Positions 52,471 through 61,244 of a stretch of 64,000 bases of DNA are shown here, in pieces (the stretch's first letter is position 1; each line of letters begins with the position of its first letter). The position numbers and the translations under genes are program-made. A model generated the notes under the pieces. That model was not told the origin of the DNA, did not search any database, and saw only the letters and a list, made by a program, of their open reading frames with translations. The stretch lies in the NCBI GenBank assembly GCA_046294815.1, contig JBKBOJ010000001.1, positions 17,380-81,379 on the forward strand. The letters run 5' to 3'. This DNA comes from Roseateles sp. (GTDB lineage Bacteria > Pseudomonadota > Gammaproteobacteria > Burkholderiales > Burkholderiaceae_C).

Positions 52471-54222
52471 TTGATCCACGCCGCGTTCGACTTTCCCCGC
52501 CATCCGCTCGCAAGAGAGGATGGCGAGCGGCTGCGCGGCGTCTGGCAGCAGCCACCCGCCCGCTGGCTGCGGGCCACGCGGCTTGCCGAGGTCCGCACCA
52601 CCATCGCCGAGGCCGAGGACGCCGCGCGCGGTGGCGCCTGGGTGCTGGGCGGCCTGCGCTACGAGGCCGCTGCGGCCTTCGATGCGGCCCTGGTCACGCA
52701 CGACGGCACGAAGCCGCTGGCGGAGTTCGCTGTCTACGACACGCCGCCCGAGGCCTGGGTCGACGCGGCGCCGGTCCACACCGGACTGCTCGACTGGCAC
52801 GACCCGGCACCCGATGCGAGCCGCGCCATCGAGCGCATCCGCGACTACATCCGCAGCGGCGACTGCTACCAGGTCAACCTGACCACGCGGCTGCGCGCGA
52901 CGGCCGACGGGCTGGACGCCGAGCGGCTGTTCCTGGCCCTGCACGCCAGCCAGCCCGGTGGCTTCAGCCTGTTCCTGCGCGAGGCGGGCGCGGCCAGCGT
53001 GTCGCCCGAGCTGTTCTTCGACTGGCGGCCCGTGCCCAATGCCACCACCAGCTGGCTGCTGGCCGCCCAGCCCATGAAGGGCACGGCGCCGCGCGGCCGC
53101 GACCGCGTGGACGACGAGGCCGCGCAAGCGCACTTGCGCACCAGCGAGAAGGAGCGCGCCGAGAACCTGATGATCGTGGACCTGCTGCGCAACGACCTCA
53201 GCCGCGTCGCGCAGCTGGGCACGGTGCGTGTGCCGCGGCTGTTCGAGCTGCATGCGCTGCCCACGGTCTGGCAGATGACGTCCACCGTGACGGCCGTCAG
53301 CCGTCCGGGCCTCGCCCTGGCGGAGGTGTTCGCGGCGCTGTTCCCCTGCGGCTCGGTGACCGGCGCGCCCAAGATTCGGGCCATGCAGATCATCCGCGAG
53401 CTCGAACCCGAGCCGCGCGGCTGGTACTGCGGCGCGCTGGGGCTGATCCAGCCAGGCGGCATCGCGACGTTCAACGTGCCCATCCGCACCGTCGAGTTCG
53501 ACGCCGGGCAGCTCACCTGCGGCATAGGCAGCGCCATCACGCTGGACAGCCAGCCCGCCGCCGAGACGGCCGAATGGCGCGCCAAGGCGCGTTTCCTGGC
53601 GCGGGCCGAAGCGCCGCTGGAGGCGCTGGAGACCTTGCGCCTCGAAGCCGGCGTGGCGCTGCGCGGCGAGGCCCATCTGGCCCGCATGCAACGCACCGCG
53701 CGCCACTTTGGCCTGCGCTTCTCGATGACCGAGGCGCGTGCCTACCTAAAGGCCGTGCAGGCTGCCCAGCCCGCGGGCTGCTGGCGGCTGCGCCTGACCT
53801 GCGACGCCGGCGGCCGCCTGGCACACGCGCTGTTCCCCTTCACGCCCACGGCCGTGCCGGTGCGCCTCGCGCTGGCCGACCGCCCCATGCCTACCCGCGG
53901 CCCGCGCGCCGAGCTGCTGGCGCACAAGACCACGCGCCGCGAGCTGTACGCGCTGGACAAGCCGGCCGACGCTTTCGACCTGATCCTGTGGAACGAGGCC
54001 GGCGAGCTGACCGAATGCAGCTTCGGCAACCTGGCCGTGCAGCTCGACGGTCAGTGGCTGACGCCGTCGCTGGACTGCGGGCTGCTGCCCGGCGTGCTGC
54101 GCGCCGAGCTGCTGGCGCAGGGCCAAATCCGCGAGGCACGGCTGACGCGCGACGACCTGGGCCGCGCTCAGGGTCTGGCCTTCTTCAACAGCCTGCGTGG
54201 CTGGCTGCCGGCGATTTGGTGA
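52471..54222 (+). CDS. pabB: Fused aminodeoxychorismate synthase component I / ADC lyase (PabB-PabC-like)
   Basis: GDCYQVNLT, PMKGT, KERAENLMIVDLLRNDL, FPCGSVTGAPK; C-terminal aminotransferase-IV domain (HKTT, TEC..GN, GLLPGVLR, NSLRG). Confidence 0.88.
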   Translation: MIHAAFDFPRHPLAREDGERLRGVWQQPPARWLRATRLAEVRTTIAEAEDAARGGAWVLGGLRYEAAAAFDAALVTHDGTKPLAEFAVYDTPPEAWVDAAPVHTGLLDWHDPAPDASRAIERIRDYIRSGDCYQVNLTTRLRATADGLDAERLFLALHASQPGGFSLFLREAGAASVSPELFFDWRPVPNATTSWLLAAQPMKGTAPRGRDRVDDEAAQAHLRTSEKERAENLMIVDLLRNDLSRVAQLGTVRVPRLFELHALPTVWQMTSTVTAVSRPGLALAEVFAALFPCGSVTGAPKIRAMQIIRELEPEPRGWYCGALGLIQPGGIATFNVPIRTVEFDAGQLTCGIGSAITLDSQPAAETAEWRAKARFLARAEAPLEALETLRLEAGVALRGEAHLARMQRTARHFGLRFSMTEARAYLKAVQAAQPAGCWRLRLTCDAGGRLAHALFPFTPTAVPVRLALADRPMPTRGPRAELLAHKTTRRELYALDKPADAFDLILWNEAGELTECSFGNLAVQLDGQWLTPSLDCGLLPGVLRAELLAQGQIREARLTRDDLGRAQGLAFFNSLRGWLPAIW

Positions 54223-54542
54223 AAACCCTGTGAGCTGTGCTACAGTCGCGGCTTCGCCTGGGGTCACCCCAGGTGTTCCACGTCTCCTCTGACCTCGTTC
54301 GATCCATCGCACTCACGCGGGCATCGGACGCCGAACACGGATCGGTCGGCGGCGATGAAGCCGTCGCTTTGACTGATTGTTCCTCCGCGCCGCACCCGGG
54401 CTGAAGTAATTGCCCGAGCCGCACGACGCGAGCTGATCTCTCTCCCAGCGACTTGTGTGTGATTCCGAAGGGCTACTGAACGCCCCTCGGCGCTGTGCGT
54501 TTGCTTTCGCGCGGCGTGACGAATGATTGAAAGAACGAACGA

Positions 54543-56132
54543 ATGAGTTTCGAGACCCTGGGGCTGAGCCCCGCCGTGCTGCAAGCCGTCAAGGATGCCG
54601 GCTACGAGAATGCCACCGAAGTGCAGGCGCAAGCCATTCCCGCTGCCATTGCGAACAAGGACCTGATGGTCTCGTCGCGCACCGGCTCGGGCAAGACCGC
54701 CGCCTTCATCCTGCCGGCGCTGGAGAAGATCCTCGCCGCCCGCGGCGACAACACCAAGCGCCGCGAGAAGGGCGTCATCTACGGCCCGCGCGTGCTGGTG
54801 CTGGCGCCGACTCGGGAGCTGGCCATGCAAGTCGCCAAGGCGGCCCAGACCTACGGCCGCTTCATCCCCGGCCTGAAGGTCGCCACGGTGCTGGGCGGCA
54901 TGCCCTATCCGTTGCAGATCCGCCAGCTGACCGGCCCGCTGGACATCCTGATTGCCACCCCTGGCCGCCTCATCGACCACATCCAGTCCGGCAAGTGCGT
55001 GCTGGCCAATGTCGAGATGCTGGTGCTGGACGAAGCCGACCGCATGCTGGACATGGGCTTCATCGACGACATCAACCTGATCGCCGGCAACACCCCCGCC
55101 GAACGTCAGACGGTGATGTTCAGCGCCACCTTCGCCGGCCATGTGGGCCGGCTGGCGCAGCAACTGCTGAAGCAGCCGGTGCGCATCGAGGTGGCCAGCC
55201 ACACCGACACGCACGAGAACATCGAGCAGCGCCTGCACTGGGCCGATAACCCGCACCACAAGGACCAGCTGCTCGAAGCCATCCTGGCCCAGCCCGAGCT
55301 GGACCAGGCGGTGGTGTTCACCAGCACGCAGCGCGACGCCGATTGGCTGGCCGAGCGCCTGGCCGAAATCGGTCATGCCGTGGCGCCGCTGCACGGCGCG
55401 ATGCCGCAGGGCAAGCGCAACCGCGTGCTGATGGGCCTGCGCCGCGGCGACCTGAAGGTGCTGGTGGCCACCGACGTGGCCGCCCGTGGCATCGACGTGC
55501 CGACCATCAGCCACGTCATCAACTACGGCCTGCCTATGAAGGCGGAGGACTACGTCCACCGCATCGGCCGCACCGGCCGCGCCGGCCGCCAGGGCCTGGC
55601 GATCACGCTGGGCCTGCGCGACGACGTCAGCATGATCCGCCGCATCCAGCAGTTCACGACGCAGACGATTCCCGTCGCGCAGATCGCCGGGCTGGAGCCC
55701 AAGACGCAGGAGCCGCGCATCTTCCCGCCGCGTCCGGCGGGCAGTTTCGATGACCGGGGGCCGCGCGGCCACTTCGGTGGCGGCCGCCCGGGTTTCGGCA
55801 ACAAGCCTTTCCGGCGTGAAGACGGCGGCGGCCGTCCCTTCCATGGCGGTGCCAAGCCCATCGTTCAGGACCGTGGCTTCGCGCCGCGCCAGGACGGCTT
55901 TGCGCCGCGTGGCGATGAACGCGGCTTCGCCCCGCGCGGCGAGGGCCGTGGCTTCGCGCCGCGCCCGGACAACCGCGGCTTCGCACCGCGCGACGATCGG
56001 GGCTTTGCGCCGCGTGGCGACCGTGCGCCGTTCAATGCCGGTGGCAAGCCCTCGTTCGGCGGTGATCGCCCGTCCTTCGGCGGCGAGCGCCGCGGCCCGG
56101 GTGGCCCGCGCAAGGGCGGCTTCGGCCGCTGA
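54543..56132 (+). CDS. DEAD-box ATP-dependent RNA helicase
   Basis: Q motif, TGSGKT, PTRELA, TPGRL, LDEADRMLDMGF, SAT, ARGIDV, HRIGRTGRAG; Gly/Arg-rich tail. Confidence 0.95.
   Translation: MSFETLGLSPAVLQAVKDAGYENATEVQAQAIPAAIANKDLMVSSRTGSGKTAAFILPALEKILAARGDNTKRREKGVIYGPRVLVLAPTRELAMQVAKAAQTYGRFIPGLKVATVLGGMPYPLQIRQLTGPLDILIATPGRLIDHIQSGKCVLANVEMLVLDEADRMLDMGFIDDINLIAGNTPAERQTVMFSATFAGHVGRLAQQLLKQPVRIEVASHTDTHENIEQRLHWADNPHHKDQLLEAILAQPELDQAVVFTSTQRDADWLAERLAEIGHAVAPLHGAMPQGKRNRVLMGLRRGDLKVLVATDVAARGIDVPTISHVINYGLPMKAEDYVHRIGRTGRAGRQGLAITLGLRDDVSMIRRIQQFTTQTIPVAQIAGLEPKTQEPRIFPPRPAGSFDDRGPRGHFGGGRPGFGNKPFRREDGGGRPFHGGAKPIVQDRGFAPRQDGFAPRGDERGFAPRGEGRGFAPRPDNRGFAPRDDRGFAPRGDRAPFNAGGKPSFGGDRPSFGGERRGPGGPRKGGFGR
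55872..56022 (+). repeat. Six imperfect tandem GFAPR-coding repeats in the helicase tail
   Basis: RGFAPRQD-GFAPRGDE-RGFAPRGEG-RGFAPRPDN-RGFAPRDD-RGFAPRGD; unit about 21-27 nt. Confidence 0.85.
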
Positions 56133-56138
56133 TCGCCG

Positions 56139-56474
56139 ATGGATCGCGTGCAGTGGCACGCGATGATTCCAGCCGATCTCGACGCCGTACTGGCGCTGCA
56201 ACAGCGCTGCTACGGCGTCGGCTTTTTCGAGCGTCGCGAAGCCTTTGCCGCCGAGCTGGCCGCAAGCGACGGCCTGGGCTGCTGCTGGCTGGCGCGCCGT
56301 GACGGCAGCCGCGCGCTGCGCCTGCTGCGCATGGGCGGGGTGGCCGTGCAGGCATAGGCGCCTTGCTGGCAGCGCCGGGGCTGTGCCGAGCTGGAGGCAC
56401 CGAGCGCTGCGCCGCGCAGCAAGCTCGCCAGCTTCAGGCCCGAGGCGCGCTTGCTGGTTCAGTCGCTGAGATAG
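56139..56474 (+). pseudogene. Degraded GNAT-family acetyltransferase
   Basis: N-terminus MIPADLDAVLALQQRCY...EAFAAEL, apparently missing its central part; in-frame TAG at 56355-56357, then APCWQRRG...SKLASFRPEARLLV to TAG 56474, resembling the family C-terminus. Confidence 0.6.
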
Positions 56475-57466
56475 GGCTTGAGCCAGCGCAGCTGCGGCTT
56501 GTCACGGCCCTCAGCGCTGGGTTCCAGCGACAGGAAGTAGTCGCCCCAGGTCGGGCCGCCGGCCCACCACAGCCAGCCGGTCCAGACGTCGGCGTTGGCC
56601 TTCAGGTGCTCCAGCGCACCACGCACGGCCTGCTCGCAGACCGCGTTGGCGCCGCCCCCCAGCTCGCCCAGCAGCGCGCGGCGCTTGTGCTGGCGCAGCC
56701 ACTGCGTGAAGCGCCGCAGCCGCTCGACGCCTATGGTTGGGTTGACGCATTCGGCATGCGTGCCCGAGCCGTCCTTGTCGAAGTATTGGTGCACCTCGAA
56801 CACCATGTGATCCAGGGGGTCGCGGACGCGGCCCATGACCTCGGCGTTGGGCGTGCCGTACCAGGTGCTCTCGAACCAGCTCCACGCCCCGCTGTAGCCG
56901 TTGCCGGGCAGCGTGATGAGGTTTTTCGCGCCGGTCTGGCGGATGGCGTCGATGGCAGCCTGCGCGGCCTCCGCCCAGGTTTCCGTGGGCATCTCGCGCG
57001 GTTCGTTGACGAGGCCGAACTGCACCTTGGGGTTGTCCTTGAAGGCGAGCGCCAGTCGGCGCCAGAAGTCGGCGAAGGCGGCATGCGGCACCTCGGGTTT
57101 GCCGACATGGTGGCCGCGGTAGGCCGCGTAGTTGTGCGGGTCCAGCAGCACATGCAGGCCGCGCGCCGTGGTGCCGTCGACGAACTCGCGCAGCCGGCCC
57201 AGTTCGGCCGGGTCCAGCTCGCCCATCAGCGCGGGCTGCAGCCGCTCCCAGCGAAAGGCGATGCGCATCAGGTTCATGCCCTGGGCCTGGTAGTAGGCCG
57301 TGCTGGCGACGCTGGGGTAGACGTAGTCCTTGCCGTAGACGCCGGGGAAGGGCAGCTTCTCGCCCCACTCGGCGCCGGACAGGCTGATGCCGCGCCACTG
57401 CAGCGGCGGCGTGGCGTGCGCCGACAGCGCGGTGGCCAGCAGAGCGGCGCGCACGATGCTCTTCAT
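56459..57466 (-). CDS. Secreted GH5 endoglucanase (GH5_5-like)
   Basis: Signal peptide, SGAEWG, GMNLMRIAFRWERLQP, LDPHNY, acid/base NEP, EVHQYFD.DGSGT, nucleophile LGELG, WLWWAGG; SD GGAG before ATG 57466. Confidence 0.92.
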   Translation of the reverse strand: MKSIVRAALLATALSAHATPPLQWRGISLSGAEWGEKLPFPGVYGKDYVYPSVASTAYYQAQGMNLMRIAFRWERLQPALMGELDPAELGRLREFVDGTTARGLHVLLDPHNYAAYRGHHVGKPEVPHAAFADFWRRLALAFKDNPKVQFGLVNEPREMPTETWAEAAQAAIDAIRQTGAKNLITLPGNGYSGAWSWFESTWYGTPNAEVMGRVRDPLDHMVFEVHQYFDKDGSGTHAECVNPTIGVERLRRFTQWLRQHKRRALLGELGGGANAVCEQAVRGALEHLKANADVWTGWLWWAGGPTWGDYFLSLEPSAEGRDKPQLRWLKPYLSD

Positions 57467-57482
57467 GTTGTCGTCTCCATCG

Positions 57483-58691
57483 TTATCTGGCGGGCGGCTG
57501 GACCCGCAGCGCGGCCAGCACGTCCTGGCAGGCACCCATGGTGTGGTAGTCGGTCTTGCCGGCGGGGCTCTTCTCGTCGGTGAGCTTGCGGTTGTCGTTG
57601 CTGAGGATGCGGTACCAGGCGCCGTGCGTGTGGTCGACGAAGTGCTGCCAGGCATAGGCCCAGATACGGTCGTACCACTGCCAGTAGGCGTCGTCGCCGG
57701 TGCGCACCGCGAGCCAGGCAGCGGCGGCCAGGCTCTCGGCCTGGACCCAGAAGTACTTGTCGGCGTCGCAGACCGTGCCATCAGGTGCGAAGCCGTAGAC
57801 CAGGCCGCCGTGCGTGGCGTCCCAGCCGCGCTGCATCGCGGTGTCGAAGAAGTGGCGGGCGGTGGGCAGCAGCCAGCCGGGTGCGGCATCACCCAGGCGG
57901 CGCTCCAGCATCAGCAGCAGCTTGGCCCATTCGGTGAGGTGGCCGGTCTGGAAGCCCCAGGGGCGAAAAATGTTGGTCTTGTCGCCGCGGTTGTAGTCCC
58001 AGTCGGGCGTCCAGTCGGGCTTGTAGTGCTCCCAGACCAGGCCGCCGGCGAGCTTGGCCTGGCGCTGCGCGATGGCGGTCGCCAACGTCAGCGCACGCTC
58101 CAGGTAGCGGGTCTCACCGCTGGCCGCATGGGCGGCGAGCATGGCCTCGCAGGCGTGCATGTTGGCGTTCTGGCCGCGGTAGGGGCTCAAGCGCCAGTCG
58201 GGCGTGGCCTCGTCGGCGTACAGGCCGTGGGCGGGCTCCCAGAAGCGCTGCTCCATCAGCGCCCAGGTGGCGGCGATGCCTTCGCGCGCGCTGGGCACGC
58301 CGGCTTGCGCCGCATGGGCGTTGGCCAGCAGCACAAAGGCCAGGCCATAACAGTGGTGGGTGCCGTCGGTGACACGCGCCCGGCCGTCATGCCAGTCCAG
58401 CACCCAGGCATAGCCCCCTTGCGGCTGGGCATGGGCCGTGTTGACGAAGGCCAACGCATGGGCCACGTCGGCGGTCGAGCCGCCGAACCAGCGCCAGGCC
58501 AGCGCATGGTTGAACACGAAGCGCGTGCTGCTGACGAGATGCCGGGTGCGGCGATCGTAGACCGTGCCGTCGTCCTTGAAGAACTGGAAGCAGCCGCCGC
58601 TCGCGTCCATCACGCGCGGCGCATAGAAGGCCAGCGTGTGGCGCATGTGGGCCCACAGCGCCTCGGGGCGGCGCATGTCTGGCATGTTCAT
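57483..58691 (-). CDS. AGE-family epimerase/isomerase (mannose isomerase/YihS-like)
   Basis: RHLVSSTRFVFN, YGLAFV, GQNANMH.CEA, GHLTEWAKL, WVQAES, GKTDYH. Confidence 0.9.
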   Translation of the reverse strand: MNMPDMRRPEALWAHMRHTLAFYAPRVMDASGGCFQFFKDDGTVYDRRTRHLVSSTRFVFNHALAWRWFGGSTADVAHALAFVNTAHAQPQGGYAWVLDWHDGRARVTDGTHHCYGLAFVLLANAHAAQAGVPSAREGIAATWALMEQRFWEPAHGLYADEATPDWRLSPYRGQNANMHACEAMLAAHAASGETRYLERALTLATAIAQRQAKLAGGLVWEHYKPDWTPDWDYNRGDKTNIFRPWGFQTGHLTEWAKLLLMLERRLGDAAPGWLLPTARHFFDTAMQRGWDATHGGLVYGFAPDGTVCDADKYFWVQAESLAAAAWLAVRTGDDAYWQWYDRIWAYAWQHFVDHTHGAWYRILSNDNRKLTDEKSPAGKTDYHTMGACQDVLAALRVQPPAR

Positions 58692-60856
58692 GGCAGTACC
58701 TCGGTTTGCAGGAAGGCGGTCAGCTCGTCGGCCATTTGCGCATGCACGTCGATGCGCGGATGCGCCCAGGCGAAGGCCCGGAAGCGGTAGCTCCACACCC
58801 GCTCATCGCCCTCGGCGCGCAGCGTCTGCAGCGCCTGCTGCACGGCGTGCGGGATGGCGGGCTGCTCTTGCGGCGCGGACATGCCGCCCATCAGCAGCAC
58901 GATCTTGGCGTGCGGGTAGCGGCCGCGCAGCTGGCGCACGAAGGCCAGGTAGCGCGCGCCGAAGTCCCGCGCGATGGACTGGCCCTTGGACGCCGGATAG
59001 CCGTGGTCGTTCTGGCCCAGGTTCAGCAGCACCACGTCGGGCGCGGGCGATTCGGGCGGTGCGGGGGGCGCGTCCTTGCGCGGCGCGACGCGGTCCCAGA
59101 CCTCGGGCATCAACAGGTCGTGCCAGGTGGCCGTGATGCCGATGCCGCTGACGGCAATGCCGAGGTAGTCCGCCCCCAGCCGCGTGGCCGTCACGGCGCT
59201 GTAGGCGCGGGTGCCGTCGTGGAAGTAGAGGTCGTCGTACTGGTCGGCGCCCTCGTCGCCGTTGCAGGCGCCGGCGGTGATGGAGTCGCCGAAGAAGGCC
59301 AGGCGCAGCGGGCGTGCGGGCGGCGGGGCCAGCAGCCGGCCGCCGTCGGCCAGGCGCAGGCCCAGCAGGCTGACCTCGGCCATGGAACCCTCCGTGCGCT
59401 TGACCAGCCGCAGCGTGTGCTCGCCATCATCGAGCGGCTCGCGCAAGCGCCAGGTGCTGGCGCCGTTGCCCGGCACGGCCAGCGGCAGCACGCGGCCGTC
59501 GATCTCGACGCTGAAGTGGCTGGTGCCCCAATGCGTGGACGAAAAGGCCAGGCTCAGCGTGCGGCCGCTGAAGCGGGCGCGCAGTTCGCTGCCGCTCCAG
59601 GCCAGCAGCTTGCTGCCCGGCAGCGGGCCGGCGCCGATGCGGCCCACCCAGAGCAGCTGCGGCGCGTCGGCCGGGATCAAGCCCGGGGGGCTGTCGTGCG
59701 CTTCGCGCTCGAAGGCACTGCTGCGCAGTGCGGCGGGATACATGCCGGCGGACATCACCGCCAGCAGGCCGGCCGGCCGGCCGCTGCCGGCCCAGGCGTC
59801 GCGCTTCATGCGCAGCTGCAGCAGGTGGGCGGTGGGCTCGAGCTTGCGGCCCACCACGGCGTAGCGCCAGCCCAGGTATCCACGGCGCTCTGGCACATGG
59901 CCTTGCAGCGTGATCCAGGGGCCGTCGTCGACGCGGGCCTCCAGGTTGCGGTAGTGCTCGCTCTCGGCGTGGAAGACGGCGATCTCGCTGCCCCAGACCA
60001 GGAAGCGCGCCTCGGCGTCATCGGTCGTGGCGACCCAGCCGGGCTGCTGGCCGGGCCACTCCGGGTGCACCTCGCCACCGCGTGCGAAGCCGCGGCTCTG
60101 GTAGGGCTTGAGCGCGTCATTCATCAGCAGCCGCGTGAACTCATGCGCGCGGCCGTGCAGCGGCGCGGGCAAGGGCGTCGTGCTCGCGGGGCTGTTGGCA
60201 GCGGCGCGCAGCGTTTCGAGCAAGGCCTGCGCGATGCGTTGGTGGCCCAGACCGTTGGGATGCACCGGTTCGTCGTACAGCGCTGCCCAGCGGTCGGTGC
60301 CGGCGGCAACGCGCGCCTGCATCCAGGCGCCGAAGTCCAGCGCCGTCAGGCCGTAGTGGCGCGCCAGCCGCAGTTGCAAGTCGGTCGCGTCGCGCGCTTG
60401 GTTGCCTTGTTGCGTGAGGCTCAGCACGACGACGGCCGGCGGCTTGGCCGCCGTCAGCAGCCGGCGCAACAGGGCTTCGTAGCTGCTGCCGCGGACGACC
60501 GGATCCAGCCACTGGTCGTTGACGCCGAACTCGACGACGACCAGGTCGGGCGCGGCGTCCAGGACCTGGGCCTGCAGCCGGTGCACGGCGGTGGCCGAGT
60601 CGGTGCCGCTGAGGCCGGCGTTGACCAGCTTGACGCGCGGCCCCAGTGCCTGGGCCAGCCGGGCGGCCCAGCCTTGCTCGCGCGGCGGCTGCGCCGCGTA
60701 GCCGGTCGTGATGGAGCCGCCCAGGGTGGCCAGCGTGATGGGTTCTCCGGCGTCCAGCTTCTTCATGACGGCCTGCAGGCGCGCGTCCGCGGCGTGCGCC
60801 GTGGCGGCCAGGGTCAGGGTTGCGGCCAAGGCCAGTCCTTTCATCCAGTGCCTCAT
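58688..60856 (-). CDS. Secreted double SGNH-hydrolase (SGNH plus CE2-like) carbohydrate esterase
   Basis: Domain 1: LGGSITTG, NAGLSG, EFGVND, EPVHP. Domain 2: beta-sandwich WSGS...VEIDG...LVKRTE, then FGDSITAG, AVSGIG, NLGQND, AHP. Confidence 0.82.
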   Translation of the reverse strand: MRHWMKGLALAATLTLAATAHAADARLQAVMKKLDAGEPITLATLGGSITTGYAAQPPREQGWAARLAQALGPRVKLVNAGLSGTDSATAVHRLQAQVLDAAPDLVVVEFGVNDQWLDPVVRGSSYEALLRRLLTAAKPPAVVVLSLTQQGNQARDATDLQLRLARHYGLTALDFGAWMQARVAAGTDRWAALYDEPVHPNGLGHQRIAQALLETLRAAANSPASTTPLPAPLHGRAHEFTRLLMNDALKPYQSRGFARGGEVHPEWPGQQPGWVATTDDAEARFLVWGSEIAVFHAESEHYRNLEARVDDGPWITLQGHVPERRGYLGWRYAVVGRKLEPTAHLLQLRMKRDAWAGSGRPAGLLAVMSAGMYPAALRSSAFEREAHDSPPGLIPADAPQLLWVGRIGAGPLPGSKLLAWSGSELRARFSGRTLSLAFSSTHWGTSHFSVEIDGRVLPLAVPGNGASTWRLREPLDDGEHTLRLVKRTEGSMAEVSLLGLRLADGGRLLAPPPARPLRLAFFGDSITAGACNGDEGADQYDDLYFHDGTRAYSAVTATRLGADYLGIAVSGIGITATWHDLLMPEVWDRVAPRKDAPPAPPESPAPDVVLLNLGQNDHGYPASKGQSIARDFGARYLAFVRQLRGRYPHAKIVLLMGGMSAPQEQPAIPHAVQQALQTLRAEGDERVWSYRFRAFAWAHPRIDVHAQMADELTAFLQTEVLP

Positions 60857-61244
60857 GCGGTGACAGCCCTTCGTTCGATCAATTTCCGGCCCTGGCGGCG
60901 CGTGGTCGCCTGGGGTCTTCCCGCGGGGTGCGATACAGCACCGGCTGGCGCACCTGCTCTGATCGCAGCCCGGCGCAAATGTTTACTAAACGACAAATAT
61001 TATGCGGTGAACATTTGCGGCGTCGCCGCTGCTAATGGGTGCAAAACATCGGGAAATTCCCGGAGTGCAGCACATGACCGAGAGAAACAGAATGCGCAAC
61101 AAATTACTGTTTAGTTTTGCCTGCAGCGGGGCTGGAGACGGCCCTGCGGCGCCTTGCGGCGTGGGTGAGAGGCGGTGCTTGCGCCGTGTTTCCTGTTGCC
61201 GCAGGCCTTCAACGCCCAATTCCCACGTGAGCCCTGAACGACTG

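Noticed and set aside
52471-54222. PabB-PabC fusion as a novelty
   Set aside because: This fusion is common in proteobacteria.
55872-56022. Periodic repeats as a possible CRISPR array
   Set aside because: Short, degenerate at third codon positions, inside a CDS, without unique spacers or cas genes.
56355-56357. In-frame TAG in the GNAT remnant as possible recoding or readthrough
   Set aside because: The gene also appears internally deleted and no recoding machinery is visible; decay is the simpler explanation.
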